Below are positions 9,602-18,504 of a DNA stretch of 64,000 nt, piece by piece. The notes under the pieces are model-generated. The model was not told the origin of the DNA, did no database searches, and saw only the letters and a list, made by a program, of their open reading frames with translations. Within the stretch, counting starts at the first letter, position 1. Every line of letters begins with the position of its first letter. Both the position numbers and the translations under genes were made by a program. The stretch comes from an uncultured Verrucomicrobiae bacterium (GTDB lineage Bacteria > Verrucomicrobiota > Verrucomicrobiia > Chthoniobacterales > Terrimicrobiaceae): assembly GCA_963706955.1 (NCBI GenBank), contig CAVPOC010000003.1, forward strand, positions 544,001 through 608,000, in the 5' to 3' direction.

Positions 9602-9646
9602 GAGGGTGTCGCTGGTTCGGGATCGCGCTGTGTAGTCGGCATGGGC

Positions 9647-10165
9647 TCACGCCTTGATCGGAAGCCACAACTCGATATCGCCAGTGCCGGTGTTTGGATC
9701 GAACTGGCTGCCATACCGCTCAAGCAAATTGGGCTCTCCACGAGAGGTCGGCGCAGGTTCGCGTCCAGATTTGGGCAGCCATTCCTCGCCAATGGCACGA
9801 GCAGTATCTCGGATGGTTGATACATGGCCCGGGTGAGAAAAGATGGCGTAGGTCTGCGCAGGAATTCGCACGCCGACCCATTCTGCTGGTAAGTTGGCGA
9901 GATCGGCGACTTGAATACCCGTTACGTAGTCAAAACCTTCGCTCTCCGCAGACATGTCAATGCAGAGACCGTAGTCGGCTTCACCCACGCGGCCTTTCAC
10001 GCTTTCGATCTGCGGGACGAAACGCTCCCATTGCTTCGGGATATCGTCCAACGTTTCGAAAGTGTAGTGCGCTTGCAACCCTGCGATCAGCAATGGGCCG
10101 AGACTTTCGAAGCGCGGATGGAGAGTGGCGTTGAGTGATTCCAAATTCGTTTCGGATGCATTCAT
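9647..10165 (-). CDS. GyrI-like small-molecule-binding protein
   Basis: IPKQW.RF, YAIFSH.G, WLPKSG and ERYG..FDP.TG.G.IELWLPI motifs. Confidence 0.88.
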   Translation of the reverse strand: MNASETNLESLNATLHPRFESLGPLLIAGLQAHYTFETLDDIPKQWERFVPQIESVKGRVGEADYGLCIDMSAESEGFDYVTGIQVADLANLPAEWVGVRIPAQTYAIFSHPGHVSTIRDTARAIGEEWLPKSGREPAPTSRGEPNLLERYGSQFDPNTGTGDIELWLPIKA

Positions 10166-10204
10166 GGTTTTCCCTTAGTCGATAGTCACCGGTTTCATTA
10201 CTAA

Positions 10205-10232
10205 GACGAACGAGACCGCTGTATTCAGGACA
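10205..10232 (-). promoter_or_regulatory. Putative ECF-sigma promoter (TGTCC-N16-GTTCGTC)
   Basis: About 40 bp upstream of the GyrI-like gene; same motif at 17297-17323 and 22554-22580. Confidence 0.55.
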
Positions 10233-10306
10233 CGACGTAGCATTACGGCTCTTTACAGGGCTTCAGAGATATCGTGCGAACGGAAGCTGGAGAAAGTCGT
10301 CGCTCT

Positions 10307-10434
10307 TGTAGCGGTCATGTCCTCACCGCCGAGCGTTGTCGCGGCGGTCTTCTCAACGTCGAGAGCTCTCTTTTTGTAGCGACCGTGTCCTCACGGTCGA
10401 GGGGTTTGCCGACGGTGGGGACACCGCCACTACA
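10307..10434. repeat. REP cluster (family A)
   Basis: TGTAGC starts at 10307 and 10375, ending ...GACGGTGGGGACACCGCCACTACA. Confidence 0.75.
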
Positions 10435-10475
10435 GCGTTGCCACAGCTCAGGCGTGATATGAAGTTTTGCGACCT

Positions 10476-11303
10476 TTAGTGCGGTCGAAGAACACCTTTG
10501 GACAGCAGAGCGAGGAGCGTGGCACCGAGCAAGGTACGGTAGAGAGAAAATGGCAAAAAGCTGCGTTTGGAGATGAACCTCATGAGCAGGGAGATGGTTG
10601 CGAGGCCGACAGCGAAGGAGACGCAGGTCGCCAGAGCGATCTTCTTGAGGCTGTAAGGGCCGGGTTTGCGGAGACTATCTCTCAGCTCATACAATCCGCT
10701 GGCGAAGACGGCTGGCACGGCCAGCAGAAAAGCGTATTCGGCCGCCGCAGGTCTCGAAAACCCAAGTGCGAGACCCATCGTCGTCGTGGCGCCCGAGCGT
10801 GACACGCCCGGAATCAAAGCTAGCGCCTGAGCGACTCCGCAGAGGAGGCCATCGCCCAACCCAAAGTCATGGAGTTCTCGCGTGCCGGTGCCAATCCGAT
10901 CGGCCACGCCGAGCGCTACGCCGAAAACAATTAGAACGACGGCGGTCAGCTTAAGCGAACGAAAAGCGGAGCGAATCTGGTCCTGCGCCAAATAGCCTGC
11001 CAATCCGATTGGAACCGTTCCGATGATGATTTGCCAGCCCATGCGTGCATCGGAGTCATTTCGCGGAACCTCGCCGGGAAGACTCCGGATCCACGCACTG
11101 GCGATGCGCGCAATGTCCCGACGAAAATAGACCAGCACCGCCGCCTCGGTGCCGATCTGGGTAATTGCCGTAAAGGCGGACCCAGGATCCGTCGCTGAAG
11201 GAAGAAATTCGCCGGCAATTCGAAGATGCGCGCTCGAGGAAATGGGGAGAAACTCAGTCGCCCCCTGAACGACGCCAAGAACAACCGGCTCGATGAGACT
11301 CAC
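10476..11303 (-). CDS. uppP: Undecaprenyl-diphosphate phosphatase (BacA/UppP)
   Basis: QGATEFLPISSSAHL and PGVSRSGAT motifs; GTG start at 11303. Confidence 0.92.
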   Translation of the reverse strand: MSLIEPVVLGVVQGATEFLPISSSAHLRIAGEFLPSATDPGSAFTAITQIGTEAAVLVYFRRDIARIASAWIRSLPGEVPRNDSDARMGWQIIIGTVPIGLAGYLAQDQIRSAFRSLKLTAVVLIVFGVALGVADRIGTGTRELHDFGLGDGLLCGVAQALALIPGVSRSGATTTMGLALGFSRPAAAEYAFLLAVPAVFASGLYELRDSLRKPGPYSLKKIALATCVSFAVGLATISLLMRFISKRSFLPFSLYRTLLGATLLALLSKGVLRPH

Positions 11304-11415
11304 GTGCTCAAGTTGCTTCGGGAATGGCAAGTCAACCATCCGAACGCGACAGATCCGACAACCAGGTTGACCTTGGACATGGTCAACACCGTTCTTCCTT
11401 CTCTTTTCGCGGAAG

Positions 11416-12651
11416 TCATTTCTTCTCAACGCCCGGATGGGAATTGCTGGCCGGTTTGATCTTGACTAGGTCGTTGTCAGCCAGACTGTCCGACGGATTA
11501 ACAATCAGCTGATCGCTTTCGGAAAGCCCTTGGACCTGTAACGTGTTGCCGAGATCCCGATTGATCTTGATCTCGCGTATGGAGACCTTGCCCTCAGGGC
11601 CGACAACCCCGACGGCAGGGCCTTCCTCACGGAAGAGCAGCACATTTTCGGGGACCAACAGCGATTGGGAGTCACTTTCCAACTGAAAATGCACGTTCGT
11701 GTAAGCGCCCGGAAAAAGCTTGCCGTCTGTATTGGGAACCGCCAGCTGCGTCAGCAGTGTGCGCGTCGTTGGGTCGATAGCCCCCGCAGTCGCGACGATC
11801 TCCGCCGGAAAGTCGGCGCTAGGAAAGCTGGAGAAGGTCAAGTTCGCCTTGGTGCCCGCTTTGACAGAGGCGGCCAGGCTTTCGGGCACGTTGACGTAGA
11901 CGCGAAGAGGAGATACCTGCGAAATGATAAACAAGGGGCTGCCCGAACCCGCATTGATGAGAGCTCCGATGTCGGTGTTGCGGGCGGTCACAGTTCCATC
12001 AAAAGGCGCTCGAAGCACCTTGAAAGCTTCCATCGCCTCCAGCTGCCCCAGGTTGGCCTGCTCGGCGATGACTGTGGCCTGTTTGGCTTGGAGGTCGCCA
12101 GATTGGTTATCGAAATCTTGTTGAGAAATGACTTTCTTGCTGAGCAGGTCAGCCTGTCGACTGTAGGTTGTTTGCGAAACCCAAAGCGCAGCTTGCGACT
12201 GCTGGAGATTTGCCCTGGCTTGGGCGAGTTGCTGATCCAGCGCCGGCGTCTCAATCTCGGCGAGAATGTCGCCCATTTTCACCTTCGCACCGATATCGCT
12301 GTACCATTTCTTCAGATATCCATTCACCTGCGCATGAATCGGAGCCTGGGTATAGGCTTCCGTCTCGCCGGGAAGATTCAATCTCACCGTGCTAGGTACT
12401 TTCTCGGGCCGGACGATCTCGACGAAATGCTGATCCAGCATGCCGGTCGTCTCTTGAAGTTCCTTGAATTGAAAGTGCCGCGAGGTGAAGCCAATCACCG
12501 CGGCCACCAAAAAACCGGCGGCCATTAGCAACAGCCAGAACTTTAGGCGCCTGGGCGTTGGCCGGGCGGCTCGCACATCTGACTCCTTGTCGAGCTCGGC
12601 GCGCGGAGGATGCCCAGTGTTGGGTGGCGTGGAAGCCGAATCCTGATTCAC
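11416..12651 (-). CDS. RND efflux periplasmic adaptor (MFP)
   Basis: N-terminal TM anchor, lipoyl-like GYLKKW..DIG..V, RAPFDG.VT.R and DPTTRT motifs. Confidence 0.92.
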   Translation of the reverse strand: MNQDSASTPPNTGHPPRAELDKESDVRAARPTPRRLKFWLLLMAAGFLVAAVIGFTSRHFQFKELQETTGMLDQHFVEIVRPEKVPSTVRLNLPGETEAYTQAPIHAQVNGYLKKWYSDIGAKVKMGDILAEIETPALDQQLAQARANLQQSQAALWVSQTTYSRQADLLSKKVISQQDFDNQSGDLQAKQATVIAEQANLGQLEAMEAFKVLRAPFDGTVTARNTDIGALINAGSGSPLFIISQVSPLRVYVNVPESLAASVKAGTKANLTFSSFPSADFPAEIVATAGAIDPTTRTLLTQLAVPNTDGKLFPGAYTNVHFQLESDSQSLLVPENVLLFREEGPAVGVVGPEGKVSIREIKINRDLGNTLQVQGLSESDQLIVNPSDSLADNDLVKIKPASNSHPGVEKK

Positions 12652-12655
12652 GCGC

Positions 12656-15600
12656 TCAGGGTCTAGCGACCTCCGGGATTTTCAGCCTGGCAGGCATGCG
12701 TCCTCGGACGAGTTTGAACACGGTTGGAACTAGGAAGAGAGTCGCGCCCGTCGCGAAGATCAGCCCACCGATTACCGCGCGGCCAAGCGGCGCATTTTGC
12801 TCTCCGCCTTCTCCCAGCCCCAAAGCCATTGGGAACATTCCGATGATCATTGCGCCAGCGGTCATCAGCACAGGGCGGATGCGAGTGTATCCGGCCTCGA
12901 GCCCCGCCAAATACGAGTCTTGCGTTTCTTCGAACCGCTGATTTGCGAACGTAATGACGAGAACGCTGTTCGCCGTCGCCACACCCATGCACATGATTGC
13001 CCCCATTAGCGCCGGCACACTTAAAGTGGTCTCGGTCATGAAAAGCATCCAGATGATGCCCGCCAGAGCGACCGGCAGTGCTGTAATAATGATTAAGGGT
13101 TCACTCCAGGATTGGAAGTTCACCACCATCAAAAGGTAGACAAGGACCATCGCGAAGACTAGTCCCACATAGAGGCCGAAAAACGAGTCTTTCATCGTGG
13201 CGACTTGTCCGCGAAGGGTAACAACGCTCCCGCGAGGCACCTCCTTCTTAAAATCATCTATCGTCCGCTGCACGTCACGCGAGACCGCGCCAAGGTCGCG
13301 GCCATCCACGCCACCAAAAATATTAATGACTGGGCGAATGTTGAAGCGATCCATCACCGGCGACGTCTGGCTTCGCGAAATGGCTGCCACATTGGCGAGA
13401 ATTTGATTCTGGCCCGTTGTGCTTCCAAGGACCGGCAGATTCATGAGTGCGCCAGGCGAGCTGATATCATACTGAGGCACCATCGCATTAAGCTGATAGC
13501 TGATGCCGTTTTGGGGATCGACCCAGAAATTCGGGCTCACTTGCTGAGAACCGGAGAGCGCTCCTAAGATGCTATTAGCGACGTTCTGTTCCGTCAGTCC
13601 CAGTATCGAAGCCTTCGTCCGGTCGACGGTGATGTCGAGTCGCGGAGCGTCGTTCGGTTCCTGGATTCTCAGGTCAACCAGCCCGGGAATCTTTCGTAGT
13701 GCGCTCAACAACTTACCGGCAAAGCGAAAGATCTCGTCGCGATCGGATCCGACGATCTGGACGTCAATTGGCGCGGGGAGTCCAAAATTGAGGATTTGAG
13801 CCACAATATCCGCCGGCGGAAACCAGACGGTCACGTCCGGAAACTGCCTGCGCATCTCGAGTCGGATCTTCCGCACGAAATCGTTTGTCGGGTCGTGTCC
13901 CTCCTGCAGCGACACCAGGATGTCGCCATCGGCCGGGCTGACCGTGCCTGTGTTATTGTAGGAGGTGTTTATGCCGCTGTAAGGAAGGCCGAGATTATCG
14001 ATGATTTCGCCTAATTGAGCGGCCGGGATGATCTTGCGAATCATCTGTTCGATCTCGTCCACGGTCCGGGCAGTTTCCTCGATACGCGTGCCAGACTTCA
14101 TCCGGACGTGCATGTCAAAACGGCCGGCGTCCACCGAAGGAAAGAAATCTTCGCCGAGAAAGGGAAAGAGAAAGCCGGAGGCGAGCACGAATCCAATGAC
14201 CAGAAGAACCACCTTTCTGCTGTTGCTTAGAAAGATACTTAACAAGTCGCGATAACTTTCGCGGAAACGTTCGAAGCGGCGCTCGAAGCCGCGTTGAATG
14301 GCCGCGGCCCCCGCGAGAAGAAAGAACTGAGGGCGTCCGCGTCCCGGCGTTTCAGAGTGTCCTTTCATCCAGTACATGGCCAGGGTCGGCACGAGCGTTC
14401 GCGAAAGAACATAAGAAGCCAACATGGCAAAGATGACTGCCTGTGCCAACGGGACGAACAGGTATTTCGCGACACCGGACAAAAAGAAAATCGGGACAAA
14501 CACGATGCAGATGCAAAGGGTCGAGACAAAAGCCGGGACGGCGATCTGGGCCGCACCGTCGCGGATGCTATCGATGACCGATTTTCCCTCCGCAAGGTGC
14601 CGATCAATATTCTCGATGGTCACGGTTGCGTCATCGACGAGAATGCCAACGGCGAGGGCGAGGCCGCCAAGAGTCATGATGTTAATCGTCTGCCCGATTG
14701 CGCTTAACATCGAAAGCGAAGCGAGGATCGAGAGCGGAATGGAAATCGCGATGATTAGGGTGCTCTTCCAATCTCCCAAAAAGAGCAAAATCATCACCGC
14801 GGTGAGACACGCGGCAATAATGCCTTCGCGAACAACACCGGAAATCGCCCCGGTGACAAATATCGATTGGTCTGCCAGCAGAGAAATGTCTGCTCCCTCC
14901 GGCAAGATTTGCTTCAGGAGAGGCAGACGATCTTTCACACCCTGCACAATGTCCAGGGTGGATGCCGTGCCGGTCTTTTGCACATCGAGCATTGTCCCGC
15001 GCGAGCCGTTGAAGCGGACGATATTTGTTTGCGGGATATTTCCGCTGCGGACGTTGGCCACATCCCGGACATATAGTGTAGTGCCATTCGACAGCGTCTT
15101 AATGGGAAGCGAATTAAGTTGAGAGAGTTCCGGCGGACTGGCATTCAGGCCCACTTGATACTCGTAGCGGCCGATCTTGACCGTCCCCGATGGCAAGATC
15201 AGATTTTGCGCGCTGATCGCGTTGATCACGTCGGCCGGAACCAACCCCTGCGCTTGCAGCGCTTGATAATTGAGGTCCACCGAAACGTAACGCATCTTGC
15301 CGCCGTACGGATAGGGAACCGCAGCGCCTGGAATCGTAATCAACTGGATGCGCACGACGTTCAGCGCCAGATCGTTCAGGTTTTGCTCAGACAAACTCTT
15401 CCCTCCCAACCCTACGCGAACAACCGGGACGTTCGACGCCGTGTAGCTTATTACCAACGGCGGGGTGGTTCCGTTGGGCAACTGCCTGAGGATGGTCTGC
15501 GATATCGCCGTGATTTGCGCGACGGCTTTGGGAAGGCTCGCCGTCGGTTGGAGGAAAACCTTAATGACGACGATTCCGTAGAGCGATTGCGACTCGATGT

Positions 15601-15838
15601 GCTGGATATCATCAACCGTCGTCGTCAGGACACGCTCATACGGAGAAGTGATGTGCGCCTCGACCTGGTCGGGCGACATTCCCGCATAATTGAAAATAAT
15701 CGACACCACCGGGATGTCGATGTTCGGGAAGATGTCCTTGGGAGTCCTTACGATGCAAAGAACACCTGTAATTAAAATGAAGATCGCGAGAACGATGAAG
15801 GTCAGCGGCCTTCTCAGAGCAAGATCGACGATCCACAT
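12656..15838 (-). CDS. RND efflux permease (AcrB/HAE family)
   Basis: 1060 aa; GILVDDA, RIRPVLMT and PLGRAVIGG motifs. Confidence 0.95.
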   Translation of the reverse strand: MWIVDLALRRPLTFIVLAIFILITGVLCIVRTPKDIFPNIDIPVVSIIFNYAGMSPDQVEAHITSPYERVLTTTVDDIQHIESQSLYGIVVIKVFLQPTASLPKAVAQITAISQTILRQLPNGTTPPLVISYTASNVPVVRVGLGGKSLSEQNLNDLALNVVRIQLITIPGAAVPYPYGGKMRYVSVDLNYQALQAQGLVPADVINAISAQNLILPSGTVKIGRYEYQVGLNASPPELSQLNSLPIKTLSNGTTLYVRDVANVRSGNIPQTNIVRFNGSRGTMLDVQKTGTASTLDIVQGVKDRLPLLKQILPEGADISLLADQSIFVTGAISGVVREGIIAACLTAVMILLFLGDWKSTLIIAISIPLSILASLSMLSAIGQTINIMTLGGLALAVGILVDDATVTIENIDRHLAEGKSVIDSIRDGAAQIAVPAFVSTLCICIVFVPIFFLSGVAKYLFVPLAQAVIFAMLASYVLSRTLVPTLAMYWMKGHSETPGRGRPQFFLLAGAAAIQRGFERRFERFRESYRDLLSIFLSNSRKVVLLVIGFVLASGFLFPFLGEDFFPSVDAGRFDMHVRMKSGTRIEETARTVDEIEQMIRKIIPAAQLGEIIDNLGLPYSGINTSYNNTGTVSPADGDILVSLQEGHDPTNDFVRKIRLEMRRQFPDVTVWFPPADIVAQILNFGLPAPIDVQIVGSDRDEIFRFAGKLLSALRKIPGLVDLRIQEPNDAPRLDITVDRTKASILGLTEQNVANSILGALSGSQQVSPNFWVDPQNGISYQLNAMVPQYDISSPGALMNLPVLGSTTGQNQILANVAAISRSQTSPVMDRFNIRPVINIFGGVDGRDLGAVSRDVQRTIDDFKKEVPRGSVVTLRGQVATMKDSFFGLYVGLVFAMVLVYLLMVVNFQSWSEPLIIITALPVALAGIIWMLFMTETTLSVPALMGAIMCMGVATANSVLVITFANQRFEETQDSYLAGLEAGYTRIRPVLMTAGAMIIGMFPMALGLGEGGEQNAPLGRAVIGGLIFATGATLFLVPTVFKLVRGRMPARLKIPEVARP

Positions 15839-16025
15839 TGCAGATACCCGAAATGCCTAGCGACAGAAAAGCCAGATCGCCGGCATTCGGAGCATACACC
15901 TTCCTAACCGCGGACAAAAAGTATTCTTTCGCGCGAGCTACCCAGCTCGGCGGCAAGGTAGCCTTGGGGCTGTTTGCGGGCGCGAGATTCGACGAGGCGA
16001 CTGGCATCGCCGCCCTCCTTAAGAT

Positions 16026-16656
16026 TGTAGCGCCGATGTCCCCATCGGCGTCTGGCGGCAGGTCCCCCGACGGTGAGGACACCGTCGCTACCAAATCCCG
16101 CGCTTGCCACGACGCGTTAATTCACTCAGCGCCGCCGCGAATCCGCTGGATCCCGCAAAGCCCGCCTTTCCGGTGCGACGTCCAGCCGCACAGCTCGGCA
16201 CCGCTTGCTTTACTGTAGCGCCGATGTCCCCATCGGCGTCTGGCGGCAGGTCCCCCGACGGTGAGGACACCGTCGCTACCAAATCCCGCAGCTTGCCACG
16301 ACGCGTTAATTCACTCAGCGCCGCCGCGAATCCGCTGGATCCCGCAAAGCCCGCCTTTTCGGTGCGACGTCCAGCCGCACAGCTCGGCACCGCTTGCTTT
16401 ACTGTAGCGCCGATGTCCCCATCCGCGACTGGCGGCAGGCCCTCGACGCTGAGGACACCGTCGCTACCAAATCCCGCAGCTTGGCCACGACGCGTTAATT
16501 CACTCAGCGCCGCCGCGAATCCGCTAGATCCCGCAAGCCCGCCTTTTCGGTGCGACGTCCAGCCGCACACCTCGGCACCGCTTGCTTTACTGTAGCGCCG
16601 ATGTCCCCATCGGCGACTGGTGGCAGGCCCTCGACGGTGGGGACACCGTCGCTACA
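16026..16656. repeat. Tandem array of four family-A REP doublets with near-identical ~120-bp linkers
   Basis: TGTAGCGCCGATGTCCCCATC starts at 16026, 16214, 16403 and 16591 (period 188/189/188). Confidence 0.92.
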
Positions 16657-16745
16657 TATCTCGCAGCTGCCCTCCGCGGCGCAGTGGCAGCGGCAACCGG
16701 CGCCGCGGCGGAAGCTTTCTAATAACTGAGTCCGCGGCGCGACTT

Positions 16746-17249
16746 TTAGCCGCACATTCGGGCCATCGCTTGCTTTAACTCCTCTGGAGGTACTTCACGA
16801 AGGTGCGTCGCTACTGACCATTGATGACCGAACGGATCCTCCAGCTTGCCGTAGCGGTCACCCCAGAACATGTCTTCAACCGGCACTGTAACCTTCGCTC
16901 CGGCCTGAACCGCTTGCTCAACCACGGTATCAACATCGTCGACATAGAGGTGGATTGTCACCGGCGAACCCTTCAACGATTTCGGACCCACCATCCCCCA
17001 TTCGGGAGATTCATCAACAAGCATCACTACCGAGTCGCCAATTCGGATCTCACCGTGCATGAGCTTTCCACCCTCACCAGCCAAACGGCTAATTTCGACG
17101 GCGTTGAAGGCCCTTTTGTAGAATTCGATCGCATCCGCGGCGCCTGCACACACGATGTGCGGCGTGATGGAATGCATGCCCTCGGGAAGTGGTTTATTCG
17201 CGCGACTCGTCGATGTCGAGGCGGCTTCTTCTGCAAGTTCTGATTTCAT
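16746..17249 (-). CDS. VOC/PhnB-like glyoxalase protein
   Basis: ITPHI, AIEFYKRAF, MHGEIRIGDS and DMFWGDRYG.LEDPFGH.W motifs. Confidence 0.92.
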   Translation of the reverse strand: MKSELAEEAASTSTSRANKPLPEGMHSITPHIVCAGAADAIEFYKRAFNAVEISRLAGEGGKLMHGEIRIGDSVVMLVDESPEWGMVGPKSLKGSPVTIHLYVDDVDTVVEQAVQAGAKVTVPVEDMFWGDRYGKLEDPFGHQWSVATHLREVPPEELKQAMARMCG

Positions 17250-17296
17250 GTTTCTTTTTTCTGTGTGTAAATCGGCCAACGGCCTTTCCGATGTTT

Positions 17297-17323
17297 AACG
17301 AACCAATCGTTGGATTTTGGACA
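17297..17323 (-). promoter_or_regulatory. Putative ECF-sigma promoter (TGTCC-N15-GTTCGTT)
   Basis: About 48 bp upstream of the VOC start; matches two other copies. Confidence 0.55.
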
Positions 17324-17461
17324 GGCGGGCCAAATTTTTTTCTACTTTAAGTTTCGCCCGCGCAGAGCCAGAAGGCTAGGGACAACCCATGGAAATTATG
17401 CAGGAGGCGGGCAAGCGAAGATTTAGAAACGCTTCAGAGAAGCCTCCTCGATAGGCAAAAC

Positions 17462-18478
17462 ATGAGACAAGTTTTCATCACCGGCCACGGTGGACCAGAC
17501 AAGTTACACGTGCGCGAGGCGCCGGACCCGACACCAGGTCCAGGCGAGGTGCGAATTCGTGTCCAAGCCATTGGCATTAACTTCGCCGACATCCTCGCGC
17601 GCCAGGGTCTGTATCAGGATGCGCCCAAGGTCCCCTGCGTCGTCGGCTATGAAGCTTGCGGCGTAATCGACGCCACGGGCTCGGGAGTAGACGCCTCCTG
17701 GGTTGGCAAGGACGCTGTTGCCTTGACACGCTTCGGAGGCTATTCGGACGTCGTCATTGTGCCGATGGCGCAGGTCTTCGAGAAGCCGGGCTCGCTCTCG
17801 CTCGAGCGCGCCGCGGCAGTTCCTGTAAACTACCTGACCGCATGGCAGTTGCTCGTGGTCATGGGTTCGTTGAAGGCAAACGAAACGGTCCTGATTCACA
17901 ACGCCGGCGGTGGCGTCGGACTAGCCGCCATCGACATCGCCCGCCATATCGGTGCCACGATCTTCGGCACCGCGAGTAGCAGCAAACATCCCTTCCTCAA
18001 ACAACGCGGTCTGCATGAAGCAATCGACTACCGTACGCGCGACTGGACACTTGAGCTCGCTCGGCTGACCAATGGCAAGGGCGTCGAGCTCGTCATCGAT
18101 CCCATTGGCGGCGCCCATTGGCGGAAGAGCTTCAAAGCACTGCGCTCGACTGGACGGCTCGGAATGTTCGGAATCTCCGCGGCGACCACCTCAAAGTTAT
18201 TCGGGCCTCTCCGCATGCTGCCTGTGGCGCTGGGAATGCCGCTTTTTCATCCAATTCCGCTCGTCAATGGCAACAAATCTGTCTTTGGCGTGAACATCGG
18301 ACATCTTTGGCATGAGAGAGAGATGATCGCCGGTTGGATGCAGATCGTGCTGCAGGGGGTTGCCGATGGCTGGGTTCGCCCTCATGTCGACAAGGTCTTC
18401 CCGCTGGCTCAGGCCGGGGACGCTCACACGTATATCGAAGAGCGCAAGAATATCGGCAAAGTCGTCCTCGTAACCTGA
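17462..18478 (+). CDS. Medium-chain dehydrogenase/reductase (VAT-1/quinone oxidoreductase-like)
   Basis: GINFADI.ARQG.Y, PVNYLTAW, HNAGGGVG and NIGKVVL motifs. Confidence 0.9.
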   Translation: MRQVFITGHGGPDKLHVREAPDPTPGPGEVRIRVQAIGINFADILARQGLYQDAPKVPCVVGYEACGVIDATGSGVDASWVGKDAVALTRFGGYSDVVIVPMAQVFEKPGSLSLERAAAVPVNYLTAWQLLVVMGSLKANETVLIHNAGGGVGLAAIDIARHIGATIFGTASSSKHPFLKQRGLHEAIDYRTRDWTLELARLTNGKGVELVIDPIGGAHWRKSFKALRSTGRLGMFGISAATTSKLFGPLRMLPVALGMPLFHPIPLVNGNKSVFGVNIGHLWHEREMIAGWMQIVLQGVADGWVRPHVDKVFPLAQAGDAHTYIEERKNIGKVVLVT

Positions 18479-18504
18479 GCACAGGGGGGCGGTTGGTTGA
18501 TGGT

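Noticed and set aside
16088..16595. Repeat-protein ORFs on both strands of the tandem array
   Set aside because: They are by-products of a GC-rich ~189-bp unit, with frames shifting between units and no recognisable domain.
16026..16656. CRISPR array or guide-RNA array
   Set aside because: Linkers are near-identical rather than unique, the period is ~188 bp, the repeat is the dispersed REP, and there are no cas genes.
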